Shown: positions 21,117 through 33,419, numbered from the stretch's first letter. The stretch is 64,000 nt of DNA from an uncultured Gemmatimonadales bacterium (GCA_963695555.1 CAVOGR010000005.1:32001-96000); one strand, 5' to 3'. Made by a program: numbers and translations. The notes: a model not told the origin generated them from the sequence alone.

Positions 21117-23492
21117 ATGCTCGTCTCTCGGAGATGGCTCGAAGAGTTCCTCCGGCGCCCGCTGGCGCTCGACGATCTCAGCGAACGACTGACGATGCTG
21201 GGCGCGGCGGTGGAAGGGGTGGAGCCCTTGTTCGCCGAATTGTCCGAGCTCGTCGTCAGCCAGGTCGAGGCCGTCGAGCCGCATCCCAACGCCGACCGGT
21301 TGCGGCTCTGCGTCGTGAATGACGGCGGCTCCGAACGAGTCGCCGTCGTCTGCGGCGCGCCCAACGTGCGGGCCGGGGCCAAGTATCCGTTCGCCCGAGT
21401 CGGCGCCGTCCTCCCGGGCGGGCTCGCCATCGCCAAACGGAAGATCCGGGGCGAAGTCTCCCATGGCATGCTGTGCTCCGCCCGCGAGCTGGGGCTCGGC
21501 GACGATCACGAAGGCATCTGGAGCTCGACACGCCGAAGCCGCCAGGCACACCGCTGCTCGACGTCCTCGCCGTCGCGCGACGACCGCATCGAAATCGAGG
21601 TCAATCCCAATCGCCCGGATCTATTGGGTCACAAGGGCGTTGCTCGCGAACTCGCCGCCTCCTACCGGACCCAGCTTCGGTTGCCGGCCATCCCGGGCTC
21701 GAGCGGACCGCCGTCCTATACCGCGCGACGTGAAGGAGCGGCTGCCACCGTCGACGGTGTACATGTCGCTATCGAGGATCCGGCGGGGTGTGCCCGGTTC
21801 CTTGGCGCGGTCATCCGTGGTGTCGCGATCGCGCCGTCGCCCGACTGGCTCCAGCGGCGGATCCACGCCATCGGCATGCGGCCGGTCAACAATGTCGTCG
21901 ACGCCACGAATTATGTCATGGTCGAGTTGGGCCAGCCCATGCACCCCTATGACCTCGCGCGGCTTCGCGGCCCCAGTGTGGCCGCACGGCCGGGCCTGCC
22001 CGGCGAGAGGTTGGTGACGCTCGACGGGAAGGAGCGACGGCTCGGCCCCGAGATGACGGCCATCGCCGACGGCGGCGGGGCCATCGGCGTCGCCGGCGTC
22101 ATGGGTGGTGGAGAAAGCGAAGTGTCCGACACAACCACCGACATCTTCCTGGAATGCGCGTGGTTCACGCCCTCCCGGGTGCGGCACGCCCGGAAGGTGC
22201 TGGATATGAGTAGCGAGGCCAGCTACCGGTTCGAGCGCGGCGTCGACCTGTGGGCGGCGCCCGACGCCTTGCGCCGGTGTTTGGAGATCATCCTCGCGAC
22301 GGCCGGCGGGCGACTGGACGAGGCGCCGGTCGACCTCTGGCCCAAGCCGTCCAACCCGCCGCGCATCTTCCTGCGTCCGACCCGCGTGGCCCAGGTTCTC
22401 GGCGTCGAGATTCCCTGGCATGAGATAGAAGAACACCTGGTGGCCATCGGTGCCACCGTCGTGGCAAAGCCCGAGGATGGCCGCTTGGCGGTAGACGTTC
22501 CCGGCTGGCGGCCGGATCTGACCAGTGAAATCGACCTGGTCGAAGAGATCGCACGGCTTCATGGGTACGATGCGTTCCCCGGCGACCTGCGTCCCTTCCG
22601 AGTTGGGACGGTTCCCGATGCATCGGCCGAGATCGTGGCTGGTTGGCTCCGGGACAACCTGACGGCGCTGGGCCTGTTCGAGGTCGTGTCGCTGCCGATG
22701 GGCCGGGGGGCGGAGAACAGCGTCGGGGTGAAGAATCCCCTCTCCAAGGAAGAAGGGTATCTGCGCCACCGGCTCCTGCCCGGCCTGCTGCAGCACGTCG
22801 AGCGCAACTGGGCGGCCGGCACCCGCGACGTACGGCTCTTCGAGATCGGGAATGTCTTCGCCATGGCAGCTCGTGGAACGCCGCCGAACGAGGCGCTGCA
22901 CGTGGCCGGTGTGGTTACGGGCGCACGCGAGCCGCGGCATTGGTCGACCGAGACGCCCGAAGCGGACCTCTGGGATCTCAAGGGTCTCTTCGCGCGCGCC
23001 GTGGCCCTAGCGTATCCCTCCTCGACCGTACAAGTTGATGGGGCAGCATGGATTGCGCGCACTGCGGAGGGCCAGGTCGTCGGCCGGGGAGAGCGGTTGT
23101 TTGGCGATGCGCCACCCTGGGCAGCTCCGGTGTTCGGATTCGAGATCCAGGTCGATCCGGCGCCGCGGCAGGATCATCGATTCTCGCCCTTGCCGGCGAC
23201 ACCATCCGCCACACGTGATCTGTCGCTCGTGGTGCCTACGAGCATCCTCGTGGGGCGGGTTGAGGAAGCGATCGAGGAGGCAGGCGCCCCGCTGCTCGAA
23301 TCCGTTGAGGTATTGAGCGAATATCGGGGCCCTGACCTACCGGAAGGTGCGCGTGGCGTCGCATTTCACTTGTCGTTCCGCTCGCCGGAGCGGACTCTGC
23401 GCGATGCCGAGGTGGACCAAGCAGTCGAGCGGATTCGCCTGGCGGTGAAGGACAGCTTGGGGATCGTCCGGCGGGGAGAAGACCATGGGTGA
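21117..23492 (+). CDS. pheT: Phenylalanine--tRNA ligase beta subunit
   Basis: HPNADRL, VCGAPN, PNRPDLLG, NNVVDATNY, RFERG; short out-of-frame patch about 21520-21575. Confidence 0.95.
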   Translation: MLVSRRWLEEFLRRPLALDDLSERLTMLGAAVEGVEPLFAELSELVVSQVEAVEPHPNADRLRLCVVNDGGSERVAVVCGAPNVRAGAKYPFARVGAVLPGGLAIAKRKIRGEVSHGMLCSARELGLGDDHEGIWSSTRRSRQAHRCSTSSPSRDDRIEIEVNPNRPDLLGHKGVARELAASYRTQLRLPAIPGSSGPPSYTARREGAAATVDGVHVAIEDPAGCARFLGAVIRGVAIAPSPDWLQRRIHAIGMRPVNNVVDATNYVMVELGQPMHPYDLARLRGPSVAARPGLPGERLVTLDGKERRLGPEMTAIADGGGAIGVAGVMGGGESEVSDTTTDIFLECAWFTPSRVRHARKVLDMSSEASYRFERGVDLWAAPDALRRCLEIILATAGGRLDEAPVDLWPKPSNPPRIFLRPTRVAQVLGVEIPWHEIEEHLVAIGATVVAKPEDGRLAVDVPGWRPDLTSEIDLVEEIARLHGYDAFPGDLRPFRVGTVPDASAEIVAGWLRDNLTALGLFEVVSLPMGRGAENSVGVKNPLSKEEGYLRHRLLPGLLQHVERNWAAGTRDVRLFEIGNVFAMAARGTPPNEALHVAGVVTGAREPRHWSTETPEADLWDLKGLFARAVALAYPSSTVQVDGAAWIARTAEGQVVGRGERLFGDAPPWAAPVFGFEIQVDPAPRQDHRFSPLPATPSATRDLSLVVPTSILVGRVEEAIEEAGAPLLESVEVLSEYRGPDLPEGARGVAFHLSFRSPERTLRDAEVDQAVERIRLAVKDSLGIVRRGEDHG

Positions 23493-23802
23493 GTTGGATA
23501 CGTACGAACGGCCGGACGCCGTCGTTCTGGCCAAAGTGGAGGCGCTGGTGGAGCGGCTGGCGGACGAGGTGTCGCAGTGGCGGCATCGCGCCCTGAAGGC
23601 AGAAGCCGATCTCAAAGCGGCGAAAGGAAAGAGCAAGGGGGCCTCGGGTCCCGAGGTGCTCGAAGCGCACCAGCGAGTGGTGAATCTCGAAGTCGAGAAC
23701 CAAGCGCTGCGCCACCGGATCGAAGCGGCGAAAGTGAAGCTCCAGGGCATATCTGGCCGACTGGCATTCCTCGAGCGTGCGACGGAGGACGGTCGAGCGT
23801 GA
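23485..23802 (+). CDS. Coiled-coil protein (ZapB-like by position)
   Basis: Heptad-rich ORF between pheT and zapA. Confidence 0.65.
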   Translation: MGELDTYERPDAVVLAKVEALVERLADEVSQWRHRALKAEADLKAAKGKSKGASGPEVLEAHQRVVNLEVENQALRHRIEAAKVKLQGISGRLAFLERATEDGRA

Positions 23803-24092
23803 CGGAAACCAAACATGCGGTGCAGGTCACGATCGGCGGGGAGACCTACACGGTTCGCTCGGAGTTACCGCCGGCGTACACCAAGGAGGTTGCGTTGTAC
23901 GTGGACGCGGCGCTTGCCCGGGTCCGCACCAGCGCTCCCTTGGTGGAGTCCCACAAGGCGGCCATCTTGGCTGCGTTGTCGATTACCGACGAATTGTTTC
24001 GCGCGCGGCGCGGCGACCGGGAAATCGCCGCTCGGTTGACTGTGCTCGCGGACGAAATCGGCCGGCTGATCCCGCCGGCAAAGCGGGCCTGA
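23799..24092 (+). CDS. zapA: Cell division protein ZapA
   Basis: VQVTIGGETYTV..VALYVD..AILAALSITDEL. Confidence 0.88.
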   Translation: MTETKHAVQVTIGGETYTVRSELPPAYTKEVALYVDAALARVRTSAPLVESHKAAILAALSITDELFRARRGDREIAARLTVLADEIGRLIPPAKRA

Positions 24093-24145
24093 CGATCGGC
24101 ACACCAACCGCCTGAACCCGGACCAAAACCCACGGCCTCGGGGCC

Positions 24146-25744
24146 GTGTTGGAGATAGATATCATGCCTCAGTCGTTCCTGCTGTCCCTGCTCGGGGGCG
24201 CGCTCGCAGGATTCGCAATCTTTGCGATAAGCTTCTTCTTCTATACCCGCCACCAACGCCGTCAGGCCAGTGGCCTGGTGCACTCGGCCACGGTCGAAGC
24301 CCAGCGGCTCATAACCGACGCCGAGAAGAGTGCCGAGTCGGCCCGATCTCAGGCCGTCCTGAGCGGCAAGGTGGAGGTGATGCAGCTCCGCCAGGAATTG
24401 GAGCAGGAAACCGAGGCCATTCGGAAGGAAGTGCGGGAGGCCACCCGGCGGGCGGAAGACCAAAGTCGCGACATCAAGCAGCGAGTGCAGTCCATCGAGG
24501 CACGCGAAGGCGGCCTCGTCGCGCGAGAGAAATCGGTGGACAAACGCCTGCGGCAGCTCGAAGGTCGTGAGGCGGAAATCGAGCACCTGGTGCTCGAGCA
24601 CCGGCGGAAGGTGGAGGAGGTCGCCGGGCTCAGCGCGGAAGACGCCCGACGCGAGCTCTTGCGGCAGGTCGAGGATGAGGCGCGGAGCCAGGCGGCGGCC
24701 CTCGTGCGGGACATCAAAGAGCAGGCCCGCCGGTCGGCGGAGCGGGACGCGAAGCGCATCGTCGCCATGTCGATTCAGCGCATCGCGGCCGAATACACCG
24801 CCGAATCCACCGTGTCGGCGGTGACGCTGCCCAACGATGAGATGAAAGGGCGCATTATCGGGCGAGAAGGGCGGAACATCCGCGCCTTCGAGACCACGGC
24901 GGGCGTCGACGTCATCATCGACGATACGCCGGATACCGTGGTCATCTCGTGTTTCAATCCTGTCCGGCGCGAGATCGCCCGCCGGAGCCTCGAGGCGTTG
25001 ATCGCCGATGGGCGGATTCACCCGGGCCGCATCGAGGAAATCGTGGCCCGCGTCAAGGGGGAACTCGATACGGAGTTCGTCGAGCTGGGTGAGCAGGCAG
25101 CCTATGAAACCGGGATCCATGGTCTGCATCCGGAGCTCATCAAGCTGATCGGCCGAATGCGATATCGGACCTCATACGGGCAGAATATTCTGGAACATTC
25201 GAAGGAGGTGGCCTGGCTCGCCGGGATGATGGGGGCGGAGTTGCACTGCGATGTCCAATTGGCCAAGCGGGGCGCGCTCCTGCATGACATCGGGAAGGTG
25301 CTTACCCACGACAGCGAAGGCACCCACGTGGAACTCGGTGTCGAGGTCGCCCGGAAATACGGCGAGAGCGATGCGGTCATCAACTGCATCCAGGCGCACC
25401 ACGACGACGTCCCACATGAATCGACCGAGTCGGTACTGGTGCAAGCCGCCGACGCCATCAGCGGGTCACGGCCAGGAGCGCGCCGGGAGGCTTTCGAAAC
25501 GTACGTCAAGCGGCTGACCCGACTGGAGGAGATCGCCACCGGCTTCGATGGCGTGGAGAAATGCAACGCTATCCAGGCGGGCCGGGAAATTCGGGTGGTG
25601 GTGCACCCGGAAAAGATCGATGACACGCGTGCGGCCGAGCTGTCGGACGCGATCGCACGAAAGGTGGAAAATGAACTCCAATACCCTGGACAGATCCGAG
25701 TGGTCGTTATTCGAGAAACCCGAGCCGTGGATTTTGCGCGATGA
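24146..25744 (+). CDS. rny: Ribonuclease Y
   Basis: N-terminal TM helix, [15 protein letters not shown] domain, LLHDIGK HD domain, [12 protein letters not shown]. Confidence 0.96.
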   Translation: MLEIDIMPQSFLLSLLGGALAGFAIFAISFFFYTRHQRRQASGLVHSATVEAQRLITDAEKSAESARSQAVLSGKVEVMQLRQELEQETEAIRKEVREATRRAEDQSRDIKQRVQSIEAREGGLVAREKSVDKRLRQLEGREAEIEHLVLEHRRKVEEVAGLSAEDARRELLRQVEDEARSQAAALVRDIKEQARRSAERDAKRIVAMSIQRIAAEYTAESTVSAVTLPNDEMKGRIIGREGRNIRAFETTAGVDVIIDDTPDTVVISCFNPVRREIARRSLEALIADGRIHPGRIEEIVARVKGELDTEFVELGEQAAYETGIHGLHPELIKLIGRMRYRTSYGQNILEHSKEVAWLAGMMGAELHCDVQLAKRGALLHDIGKVLTHDSEGTHVELGVEVARKYGESDAVINCIQAHHDDVPHESTESVLVQAADAISGSRPGARREAFETYVKRLTRLEEIATGFDGVEKCNAIQAGREIRVVVHPEKIDDTRAAELSDAIARKVENELQYPGQIRVVVIRETRAVDFAR

Positions 25745-26631
25745 CTGCTAGACTCATTGACGGCAACGCCATTGGCCAAGACATCCGGACCGAAGTTGCG
25801 GCGGAGGTGCAACGGCTCGCCGCCGCCGGTGTCGTGCCCGGTCTCACGGTAGTGCTGGTCGGCGAAGATCCGGCGAGCCAGGTCTACGTCAAGATGAAAG
25901 GCCGGCGCTGCGAAGAAGCCGGCATGCGCTCGACGACGATCCGCCTTCCGGCTGAAACTCCGGAGGCGGACTTGCTCGCGACCATCGACCGCCTCAACGC
26001 CGATCCGGATACCCATGGCATCCTGGTTCAGTTGCCGCTGCCCGAGCACATGAACAGCGATCATGTGATCCAGCGCATCGACCCGGCCAAGGACGTGGAC
26101 GGGTTTCATCCGGTCAATGTCGGGAAGGTGGTGATCGGAGACCCGACGGGATTCCGGCCGGCCACGCCGTACGGCGTCCAGGAAATGCTGCGTCGCTCCG
26201 GCATCGAGACGGCCGGCGCCCACTGCGTCATCGTGGGTCGGTCGCTGATCGTCGGGCGGCCGCTGGCCAACCTCCTGATCCAAAAGGCACCCGGCGCCAA
26301 CGCCACCGTCACCGTGTGCCACTCCCGCACCCGGGACATCGCGTCCATTACGCGCACCGCGGACATCCTCGTCGTCGCGATTGGATCGCCGGAGTACGCG
26401 ACGGCGGACATGGTTCGCCGGGGAGCCGCCGTGATCGATGTGGGCGTCAATCGCGTCGACGATCCCTCGACCAAGAAGGGGTATCGCCTCGTCGGCGATG
26501 TCGCGTTCGACGAGGTCTCCAAGGTGGCCTCGGCCATTACCCCGGTGCCTGGCGGAGTCGGGCCGATGACGATCGCCATGCTGCTCAAGAACACCCTGCA
26601 GGCGGCCCTCGTCCACCACGCGGTATCGTAG
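25741..26631 (+). CDS. folD: Methylene-THF dehydrogenase/cyclohydrolase
   Basis: [28 protein letters not shown]. Confidence 0.97.
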   Translation: MTARLIDGNAIGQDIRTEVAAEVQRLAAAGVVPGLTVVLVGEDPASQVYVKMKGRRCEEAGMRSTTIRLPAETPEADLLATIDRLNADPDTHGILVQLPLPEHMNSDHVIQRIDPAKDVDGFHPVNVGKVVIGDPTGFRPATPYGVQEMLRRSGIETAGAHCVIVGRSLIVGRPLANLLIQKAPGANATVTVCHSRTRDIASITRTADILVVAIGSPEYATADMVRRGAAVIDVGVNRVDDPSTKKGYRLVGDVAFDEVSKVASAITPVPGGVGPMTIAMLLKNTLQAALVHHAVS

Positions 26632-26637
26632 ACGGCC

Positions 26638-27810
26638 GTGGCCCGCCTCCCTCCCTCGATTGCGCCGTCGCTGTTCGACTCCACGTCCGCCGACGCCGCC
26701 TGGACGGTGACCAAGCTGACGCGCGCCGCCAAGCGGGTTGTGGAAGGGGAGTTCGGCGCGCTCTGGATCCGCGGGGAGCTCACCGGACTCAAGGCCTACC
26801 AGAGCGGGCATTGGTACTTCACCCTCCGAGATGCAGAAAGCCAGGTGCGGTGCGTGATGTGGCGGACCCACACGCGGCGGGTCCGCACACCCCCGCTGGA
26901 GGGCGCGCAGGTGTACCTGTTCGGGACGCCGAGCGTGTGGGAGGAGCGCGGAGAGTTTCGATTCGCTGCGAGCGAGCTCTTGGCGACGGATGCCGTCGGC
27001 AAGCAGCAGCTGGCATTCGAGCGCGCCAAGGCGGCGCTGGCGCGGGATGGGCTGTTCGATCTCGAACGCAAGCGTCGGTTGCCGGCCATGCCCACCCGCA
27101 TCGCGGTGGTCACCAGCCTCGAGGGCGCCGCACTCCGCGACATCATCAGCGTCGTTCGCTTGCGCTGGCCACCCGCAGAGCTCTTGGTGTGCGGCGGAGC
27201 GGTGCAGGGAACGGAGGCCGAGCATGAGCTGTGCCGCGCGCTCGGCATGGTGAACCGCCTGCCCGATATCGAGCTGTGCATCCTTGGCCGCGGCGGTGGC
27301 TCACGCGAGGATCTGGCGGCGTTCGATTCGGAGCGCGTGTGTCGCGCCCTTGCGGCCGTACGGGTTCCCACGATTTCCGCCGTGGGGCATGAGGTCGATG
27401 TGTGCCTCACCGACCTCGTGGCCGACCAGCGCGCCGCGACACCGTCGGCCGCGGCCGAGCTCGCCGTGCCTCATCGAGACGATGTGCTGCGCCACGTGGG
27501 CATGGTCGCCGGCCGCTTGGCCTCGGGCCTGAGTCAACGCGCCCGGCTCGGTCACGAGCGACTGGCCCGCACCTCCGATCGCCTGAGCAGCGCCATGGAA
27601 CAGCTGGTCACCGCGTGGCGGCGGCACGCCGACCGGCTCGGCGCCGAGCTGGAGGCCCTGAGCCCGCTGCGTGTGCTCGGCCGTGGCTACAGCATGGCAC
27701 TCGCCGCCGACGGTGCAGTCCTCAAACACCGCCGACAATTCCGTCCCGGCGATCGATTCACGCTCCGGGTCGTGGACGGCCAGGTGCCGGCCCGGGTGGA
27801 GGACTCGTGA
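26638..27810 (+). CDS. xseA: Exodeoxyribonuclease VII large subunit
   Basis: SGHWYFTLRD, GRGGGSREDL, SAVGHEVD, TPSAAAE. Confidence 0.95.
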   Translation: MARLPPSIAPSLFDSTSADAAWTVTKLTRAAKRVVEGEFGALWIRGELTGLKAYQSGHWYFTLRDAESQVRCVMWRTHTRRVRTPPLEGAQVYLFGTPSVWEERGEFRFAASELLATDAVGKQQLAFERAKAALARDGLFDLERKRRLPAMPTRIAVVTSLEGAALRDIISVVRLRWPPAELLVCGGAVQGTEAEHELCRALGMVNRLPDIELCILGRGGGSREDLAAFDSERVCRALAAVRVPTISAVGHEVDVCLTDLVADQRAATPSAAAELAVPHRDDVLRHVGMVAGRLASGLSQRARLGHERLARTSDRLSSAMEQLVTAWRRHADRLGAELEALSPLRVLGRGYSMALAADGAVLKHRRQFRPGDRFTLRVVDGQVPARVEDS

Positions 27811-28046
27811 AGCGCAAGCACCAGGCGGCTCCCGAGTCGCTCGTCTCTGATTTGCGGCGGTTGGAAGAAATCGTCCGCCAGATGGAGGCCGAGGACATCG
27901 ACCTCGATCAGGCGCTTGTGCTGTTCGAGGAGGGTGTCGGTCTGCTCCGGTCGGCGCGTGAGCGTCTGAGTCAAGCGGAGGCGACGGTGGCCAAGGTGCT
28001 GGAGAACGCCGACGGAACGCTGCGTGTCGTCGAGCTCGACGAGTAG
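27807..28046 (+). CDS. xseB: Exodeoxyribonuclease VII small subunit
   Basis: LEEIVRQME..LDQALVLFEEGV. Confidence 0.92.
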   Translation: MKRKHQAAPESLVSDLRRLEEIVRQMEAEDIDLDQALVLFEEGVGLLRSARERLSQAEATVAKVLENADGTLRVVELDE

Positions 28047-28941
28047 TCCCACCGCGAACGCCCTACTCGGGGAGGCGCGCCGGCTGACCGACGCCATCCT
28101 CAACGAATGGGCCGACCGGCTCGAGCGTGAGATCCCCGGCACAAACGGCGCGGCGTTGGGATATGCCTTGCGTGGTCCAGGCAAACGGGTGCGCCCCGCG
28201 CTCTTGATCTCGGCCTATCGCGCGGTCGGCGGGAACGACGACGCGATTGCGGGAGTGGCTGCCGCGGTGGAGGCGGTGCACACGTACTCGCTGGTGCACG
28301 ACGACCTGCCGTGCATGGACGACGACGACTTCCGCCGCGGCAGGCCGACCACCCACCGTCAATTCGGCGTGGCCACGGCCACGCGCGCTGGTTTCCTGTT
28401 GGTTCCCGTGGCTGCCCGGATGCTGGTGGGTGGCGTCGAGGCTTTAGGGCTGGACGATCGGACGCTGGGGCAGATGGCGCGCATCTTGTTCCACGCCGGC
28501 GGGGCCGAAGGCATGGTCGGCGGACAGTGGCTCGATCTCGCCGCGGAGCAGCGCGCCGTGGAGCTACCCGAACTCACCGCCATCCACCGCGGAAAGACCG
28601 GGGCGCTGATCCGGGCCGCGTGCGAGCTGGGCGCCATTGCGGGCCAGGCCCGACCGGAGGCCCTGACGGCGTTGGCGGCATACGGCGACGATATCGGGGT
28701 CGCCTTCCAGATTGCCGACGACGTGCTCGACTGTACGGGCACGAGCGCCCAGCTCGGTAAGACGGCCGGGCGGGACGAAGCCTTGGCCAAGTCGACCTAT
28801 GTACGACTCTTGGGCATCGATCGCGCGCGTGAAGAGGCGCTCGTCCTGGCCCGCCGTGCGGTGGCGCACCTCGAGGCCGCTGGACTGCCCCCATCGGCGC
28901 TCGGCGCTCTGGCGGACTATATTGTCACCAGAAATTCGTAG
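28024..28941 (+). CDS. ispA: Polyprenyl (farnesyl) diphosphate synthase
   Basis: GKRVRP, SLVHDDLPCMDDDDFRRGRPT, FQIADD. Confidence 0.92.
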   Translation: MSSSSTSSPTANALLGEARRLTDAILNEWADRLEREIPGTNGAALGYALRGPGKRVRPALLISAYRAVGGNDDAIAGVAAAVEAVHTYSLVHDDLPCMDDDDFRRGRPTTHRQFGVATATRAGFLLVPVAARMLVGGVEALGLDDRTLGQMARILFHAGGAEGMVGGQWLDLAAEQRAVELPELTAIHRGKTGALIRAACELGAIAGQARPEALTALAAYGDDIGVAFQIADDVLDCTGTSAQLGKTAGRDEALAKSTYVRLLGIDRAREEALVLARRAVAHLEAAGLPPSALGALADYIVTRNS

Positions 28942-28956
28942 CTCCGAGTACCCACA

Positions 28957-30868
28957 ATGGACGCTTCCATGAGCCTACTCGAGACAATCCAAGGCCCCGA
29001 CGATCTCAAACGGCTGACGCGCGAGCAACTTCCGCTTCTGGCCGAGGAGGTTCGGCAGCGGCTGATCGATGTCGTCTCGCAGACCGGCGGACATATCGGC
29101 GCCGGGCTGGGCGTGGTGGAGCTCACGATCGCCTTGCTCTACACGTTCGAGTCGCCCCGCGACAAGGTCATCTGGGACGTTGGGCACCAGGGGTATCCGT
29201 GGAAGGTGCTCACCGGCCGCAACGATCGCCTCGAAACGCTGCGGCAGGAGGGGGGGCTGAGCGGTTTTCTCAGACGCTCGGAGAGCGAGCACGACGCCTT
29301 CGGCGCCGGGCATGCCGGCACGGCCATCTCCGCGGCGCTCGGCATGGCGGCCGCCCGCGATCTCAAGGGTGAAGACTTCGAAGTTGTCGCGGTGGTCGGC
29401 GACGGCGCTATGACCTGCGGACTTCCGTATGAGGGGATGAACAACGCAGGTCACTCCGACCGGAACGTCATTCTCGTCCTGAACGACAACGGGATGTCGA
29501 TCGCTCCCAATGTCGGCGCCATCAACAAGTACCTCGGGTCGATTCTGGCCAGTCCCATGACCAATCGGCTGCGGGAGCGCATCAAGGGGGCCATCGAAAA
29601 GGCCTCGCACGTCTTCGGCGGTCCAAAAATGGTCGACATGGCCAAGACCATCGAAGAGAGCGTGAAGAATCTCTGGTCGCCCGGTATGCTGTTCGAAGAA
29701 CTGGGCTTCCGGTATTTCGGCCCGATCAACGGGCACGACATCCCGGCGTTGCTCAAGACATTCGACTTGGTCAGACATCTCCACGGGCCACGCCTCATTC
29801 ATGTGATTACCGAAAAGGGCAAGGGCTTCCCGCTGGAAGAACCCGATGGCGAGAAATTCCATGCCCGGTCGCCCTACGACCCGGCCACCGGCGTGCTCAG
29901 GCCCAACAAGAACGGGCCGCCGGCATGGACCAAGGTGTTCGGCACGGCAATCACGGAACTCGCCGCGGAACACCCGAACATGGCGGTCATTACCGCGGCG
30001 ATGCCGTCCGGCACGGGGACCAACATCTTCCAGAAGAAGTGGCCGGATCGCTTCTTCGACGTCGGAATCGCCGAGAGCCACGCCACCACGTTCGCGGCCG
30101 GCCTGGCCACGCAGGGGATTCGCCCGATCGTCGCCATCTACTCGACGTTCCTGCAGCGGGCCTACGACAACATCATTCACGATGTCGCCATTCAGAACCT
30201 GCCGGTGGTGTTCTGCATGGATCGCGCAGGCATGGTCGGGGCCGACGGTCAGACCCACATCGGGCTGTACGACATCGCCTACATGCAGGCCGTGCCGAAC
30301 ATGACCGTGACAGCGCCACGGGATGGGAAGGAACTGATCGGGCTACTGCGCGCGGCGCTGGCGCATGACGGGCCGTTTTGCCTCCGCTATCCGAGGGACA
30401 CCGCTCCCGGCGAGACACCGCCGGCAGCGGAGGTGGCCCCGGTTCCGTACGGCAAGTGGGAGATTCTCCGCCAGGGCGGGGACTGCGCCATCCTTGCCGT
30501 GGGTGTCATGTGCGCGCCGGCCATGGAGGCGGCCGAAGCTCTCGCGCCGGGAAGGCTTGGACGTCACCGTGGTGAACTGCCGGTTCATCAAGCCCATGGA
30601 TCACACCATGCTCGCCGAGCTGACGCGGGATCACCGGGTGTTCATCACGGTTGAGGACGGCACGGAAGTCAACGGCTTCGGCGCCGCCGCATCGGCACGG
30701 CTCGAGGTGCTGGCGCCTGAAGCGCGCGTGGCCGTGATGGGCGCCCCGGACCGTACCTACGAGCACGCCGCCCGCTCGTCGCAGCTGGCGCAAGCCGGCC
30801 TCACCGCGGAGCACATCGCCAACCGTGTGCGGGCCCTGGCCGGCGAGGCGAGCCTGTCTGCCCGATGA
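28957..30868 (+). CDS. dxs: 1-deoxy-D-xylulose-5-phosphate synthase (one apparent frameshift near 30548)
   Basis: WDVGHQ, GDGAMTCG, DVGIAE, YSTFLQRAYD; C-terminal RFIKPMD continues in ORF 30365-30868. Confidence 0.94.
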
Positions 30869-31731
30869 AGGTCGGCGTCGTCGGCAACACCAACTATCCC
30901 GATCTCCATACGATCCTCCGGCGGCTCGCCGATCTTGCGCCGGCGCACGGCCTGTCGCTCTCGGCCGAGCCGGCCCTCCGGGCGGAGTGGGATGCTCCGC
31001 CGCCCGCGCTCGACCCAGCCACGCTCGACGCGCTCCTGACCTTCGGCGGCGACGGAACACTCCTTCGCGGAGCCCGGCTGCTGGCTGGCCGGCCCGTTCC
31101 CATCCTCGGCGTAAACCTTGGGCGGGTAGGCTTTCTGACTGCGGCCGATCCCGACGAACTTCCCGAGGCCCTCGACGCGCTCGCCTCGCGGACCTTCGTC
31201 GCCGAGCCGCGCCAGGCGCTCGACACGTCCATCGTGTGGTCGGGCGGCGCGCGACAGTTGGAGCGGGGGCTCAACGATGTCGTCCTGCACAAGGGGGGCC
31301 TGGCGCGCGTCATTCGCGCCAACGTGTTCATCGACGGCGAGAACGTCGGGCCGTTGATTGTCGACGGCATGATCGTGGCCACGCCGACCGGATCCACCGC
31401 ATACTCGCTGAGCGCGGGCGGGCCCATCATCGTGCCGGGGGTCGAGGCCATGGTGCTGACGCCCATCTGCGCCCACACGCTCGCGGTGCGCCCCATCGTC
31501 ATTCCGTCCGACCGCCACATCGTTATCGAACCGATCGGGCCGGAGCTGAGCGATCTGAACCTGTCGGTTGACGGACAGATCGCCACCATTTTGGCGCCGG
31601 GAGAGCGCGTGGAGATCCGGCGCTCCGAGGAGCGCGTGATCCTCGCCCGATTGCCTGGGGAGCAGTACTTCAGCCGCGTCCGCGAGAAGCTCCACTGGGG
31701 GAACCTCGCAGGCGGGGACTCCGGTTCGTGA
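30865..31731 (+). CDS. nadK: NAD kinase
   Basis: GGDGTLL, GVNLGRVGFL, TPTGSTAYSLSAGGP. Confidence 0.95.
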   Translation: MKVGVVGNTNYPDLHTILRRLADLAPAHGLSLSAEPALRAEWDAPPPALDPATLDALLTFGGDGTLLRGARLLAGRPVPILGVNLGRVGFLTAADPDELPEALDALASRTFVAEPRQALDTSIVWSGGARQLERGLNDVVLHKGGLARVIRANVFIDGENVGPLIVDGMIVATPTGSTAYSLSAGGPIIVPGVEAMVLTPICAHTLAVRPIVIPSDRHIVIEPIGPELSDLNLSVDGQIATILAPGERVEIRRSEERVILARLPGEQYFSRVREKLHWGNLAGGDSGS

Positions 31732-33393
31732 TCCGTGAGTTGCGGGTGCGCCACCTGGCGACCATCGAGGACGTTACCCTCCCGCTCGGCACCGGACTCA
31801 ACGTGCTCACCGGAGAGACCGGGGCGGGGAAGTCGATGTTGGTGGACGCGCTGGCCCTGCTGCTCGGCGAGCGGGCGACATCGGACGCGGTGCGTCCAAC
31901 GGCACCCCGGGCCATCATCGAGGGGGCCTTCGAGCTCACCGATCGCGGACTCAGGGGTGCGGTGGAAGCGCTGGGGCTGGACGTGGTCGAGGACGCGCTG
32001 GTCATCCGGCGGGAGATCCCCGCCGAGGGCAGCTCACGGGCCTGGGTCAACGGCAGCCCTACCACGGTGGGCGTGCTGGCGAAACTCGGCCGTCTGCTGG
32101 TCGACCTCCACGGACAGCATGAGACGCAATCGCTGCTGCATGCGGACGAGCAGCGGGACATTCTCGATGCCTTCGCCCAGGCCGAGGCAGACCGGAGTGC
32201 CGTGGCCGAAGCGTTCGAGGCGGTGGTGGCGTTGCGGGAGGAGGAACGCTCACTCAGCGCGCGGCGTGAAGAAGTGGAACGGCGCGCGGATTATCTCCGC
32301 CACGTCGTGGGCGAGATCGACGCGGCCCGGGTCGTGCCCGGTGAAGACGAGCAGCTCGCGGCCGAGGCGCGGAAGCTGAGCCAAGCGACCGATCTCGAGA
32401 CCCACGCCCGAACCATCGCGGATGCGTTGGTTGATGCCGACGGCAATGCTCTGGACATGCTGCATCGGGCGGAGCGGGCTCTTCAGTCGCTCGAGCAGCT
32501 CGATCCCGAGGTCGCGCCCTGGCGAGAAATGTTAGACACCGCCCATGCCAACCTGAGCGAGCTGGGCCGGCTTGCCGACCACTACGCAGCGGAGATCGAT
32601 CGCGATCCGAGCCGCTTGGGCGAGATCGAGGCACGGCGGGACGTGCTGTTCGATCTCAAGCGAAAGCACGGCGGGACTCTCGAGGCCGCGCTGGCCACCC
32701 GTGACGAGGCACTCCGCGAGCTCGAGCTGCTGGACACGGCAGAACTCGATCTCAGGACCCTCGGCGCTCGGCGCCATGCCGCCGAGGCGGCGCTGGCTGC
32801 CGCCTGCGATGCGCTGAGCGCCAAGCGCGGTGACGCCGCCGCACGACTCGCCCGGGCGGTGAATCGGCTCCTGCCAAAGCTCGGGCTCAAGGGCGGGAAG
32901 CTCCTGCCGGAGTTGTCGTCCGCGTGCGGAGCCGACGCGTACCGGTCGAGAGTCGGTCTCGTTCGGCGTGCAGCTCAACGTGGGGCTCGATCCGAGGCCG
33001 CTCAACCGGGTGGCATCGGGCGGCGAGCTGTCGCGCATCATGCTCGCCTTGAAGGTCGTGCTGGCTCGGCACGACCGAATACCGACGCTGGTGTTCGACG
33101 AGGTGGATCAGGGCATCGGTGGTGACGTGGGTGCCCGGGTTGGCGAGGCACTGGCCGAAGTGGCGGCCGGCCGGCAGGTCCTGGTCATCACCCACCTGGC
33201 GCCGATTGCGGCCAAGGCCGACCGGCATCTGGTGGTGGCAAAGCGGTCGCGCCAAGGCCTGGCCACGAGCGACGTGCAGGTGATCCACGGCGAGGACCGG
33301 GTACTCGAACTGGCGCGGATGCTGGGCGATGCGGAAGGCCTGACGGCGCGGCGGCACGCGCAGGAACTGCTGGCGGGAAGGCGGAAGTCGTAG
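31728..33393 (+). CDS. recN: DNA repair protein RecN (apparent frameshift near 32930)
   Basis: TGETGAGKS, LHGQH; ASGGELSRIMLALK and FDEVDQG in ORF 32968-33393. Confidence 0.94.
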
Positions 33394-33419
33394 GTCTCAG
33401 GGGCCCGCCGTTTCTCTCG

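Noticed and set aside
24093..24163. 6S RNA, often found after zapA
   Set aside because: The gap is only ~50-70 bp, too short
25102..27225. 707-aa minus-strand ORF and many similar long antisense ORFs
   Set aside because: They overlap well-supported plus-strand genes, have no motifs, and are expected in high-GC DNA
28957..33393. dxs and recN as pseudogenes or programmed frameshifts
   Set aside because: No consistent slippery motif; indels are scattered across many unrelated genes, consistent with assembly error
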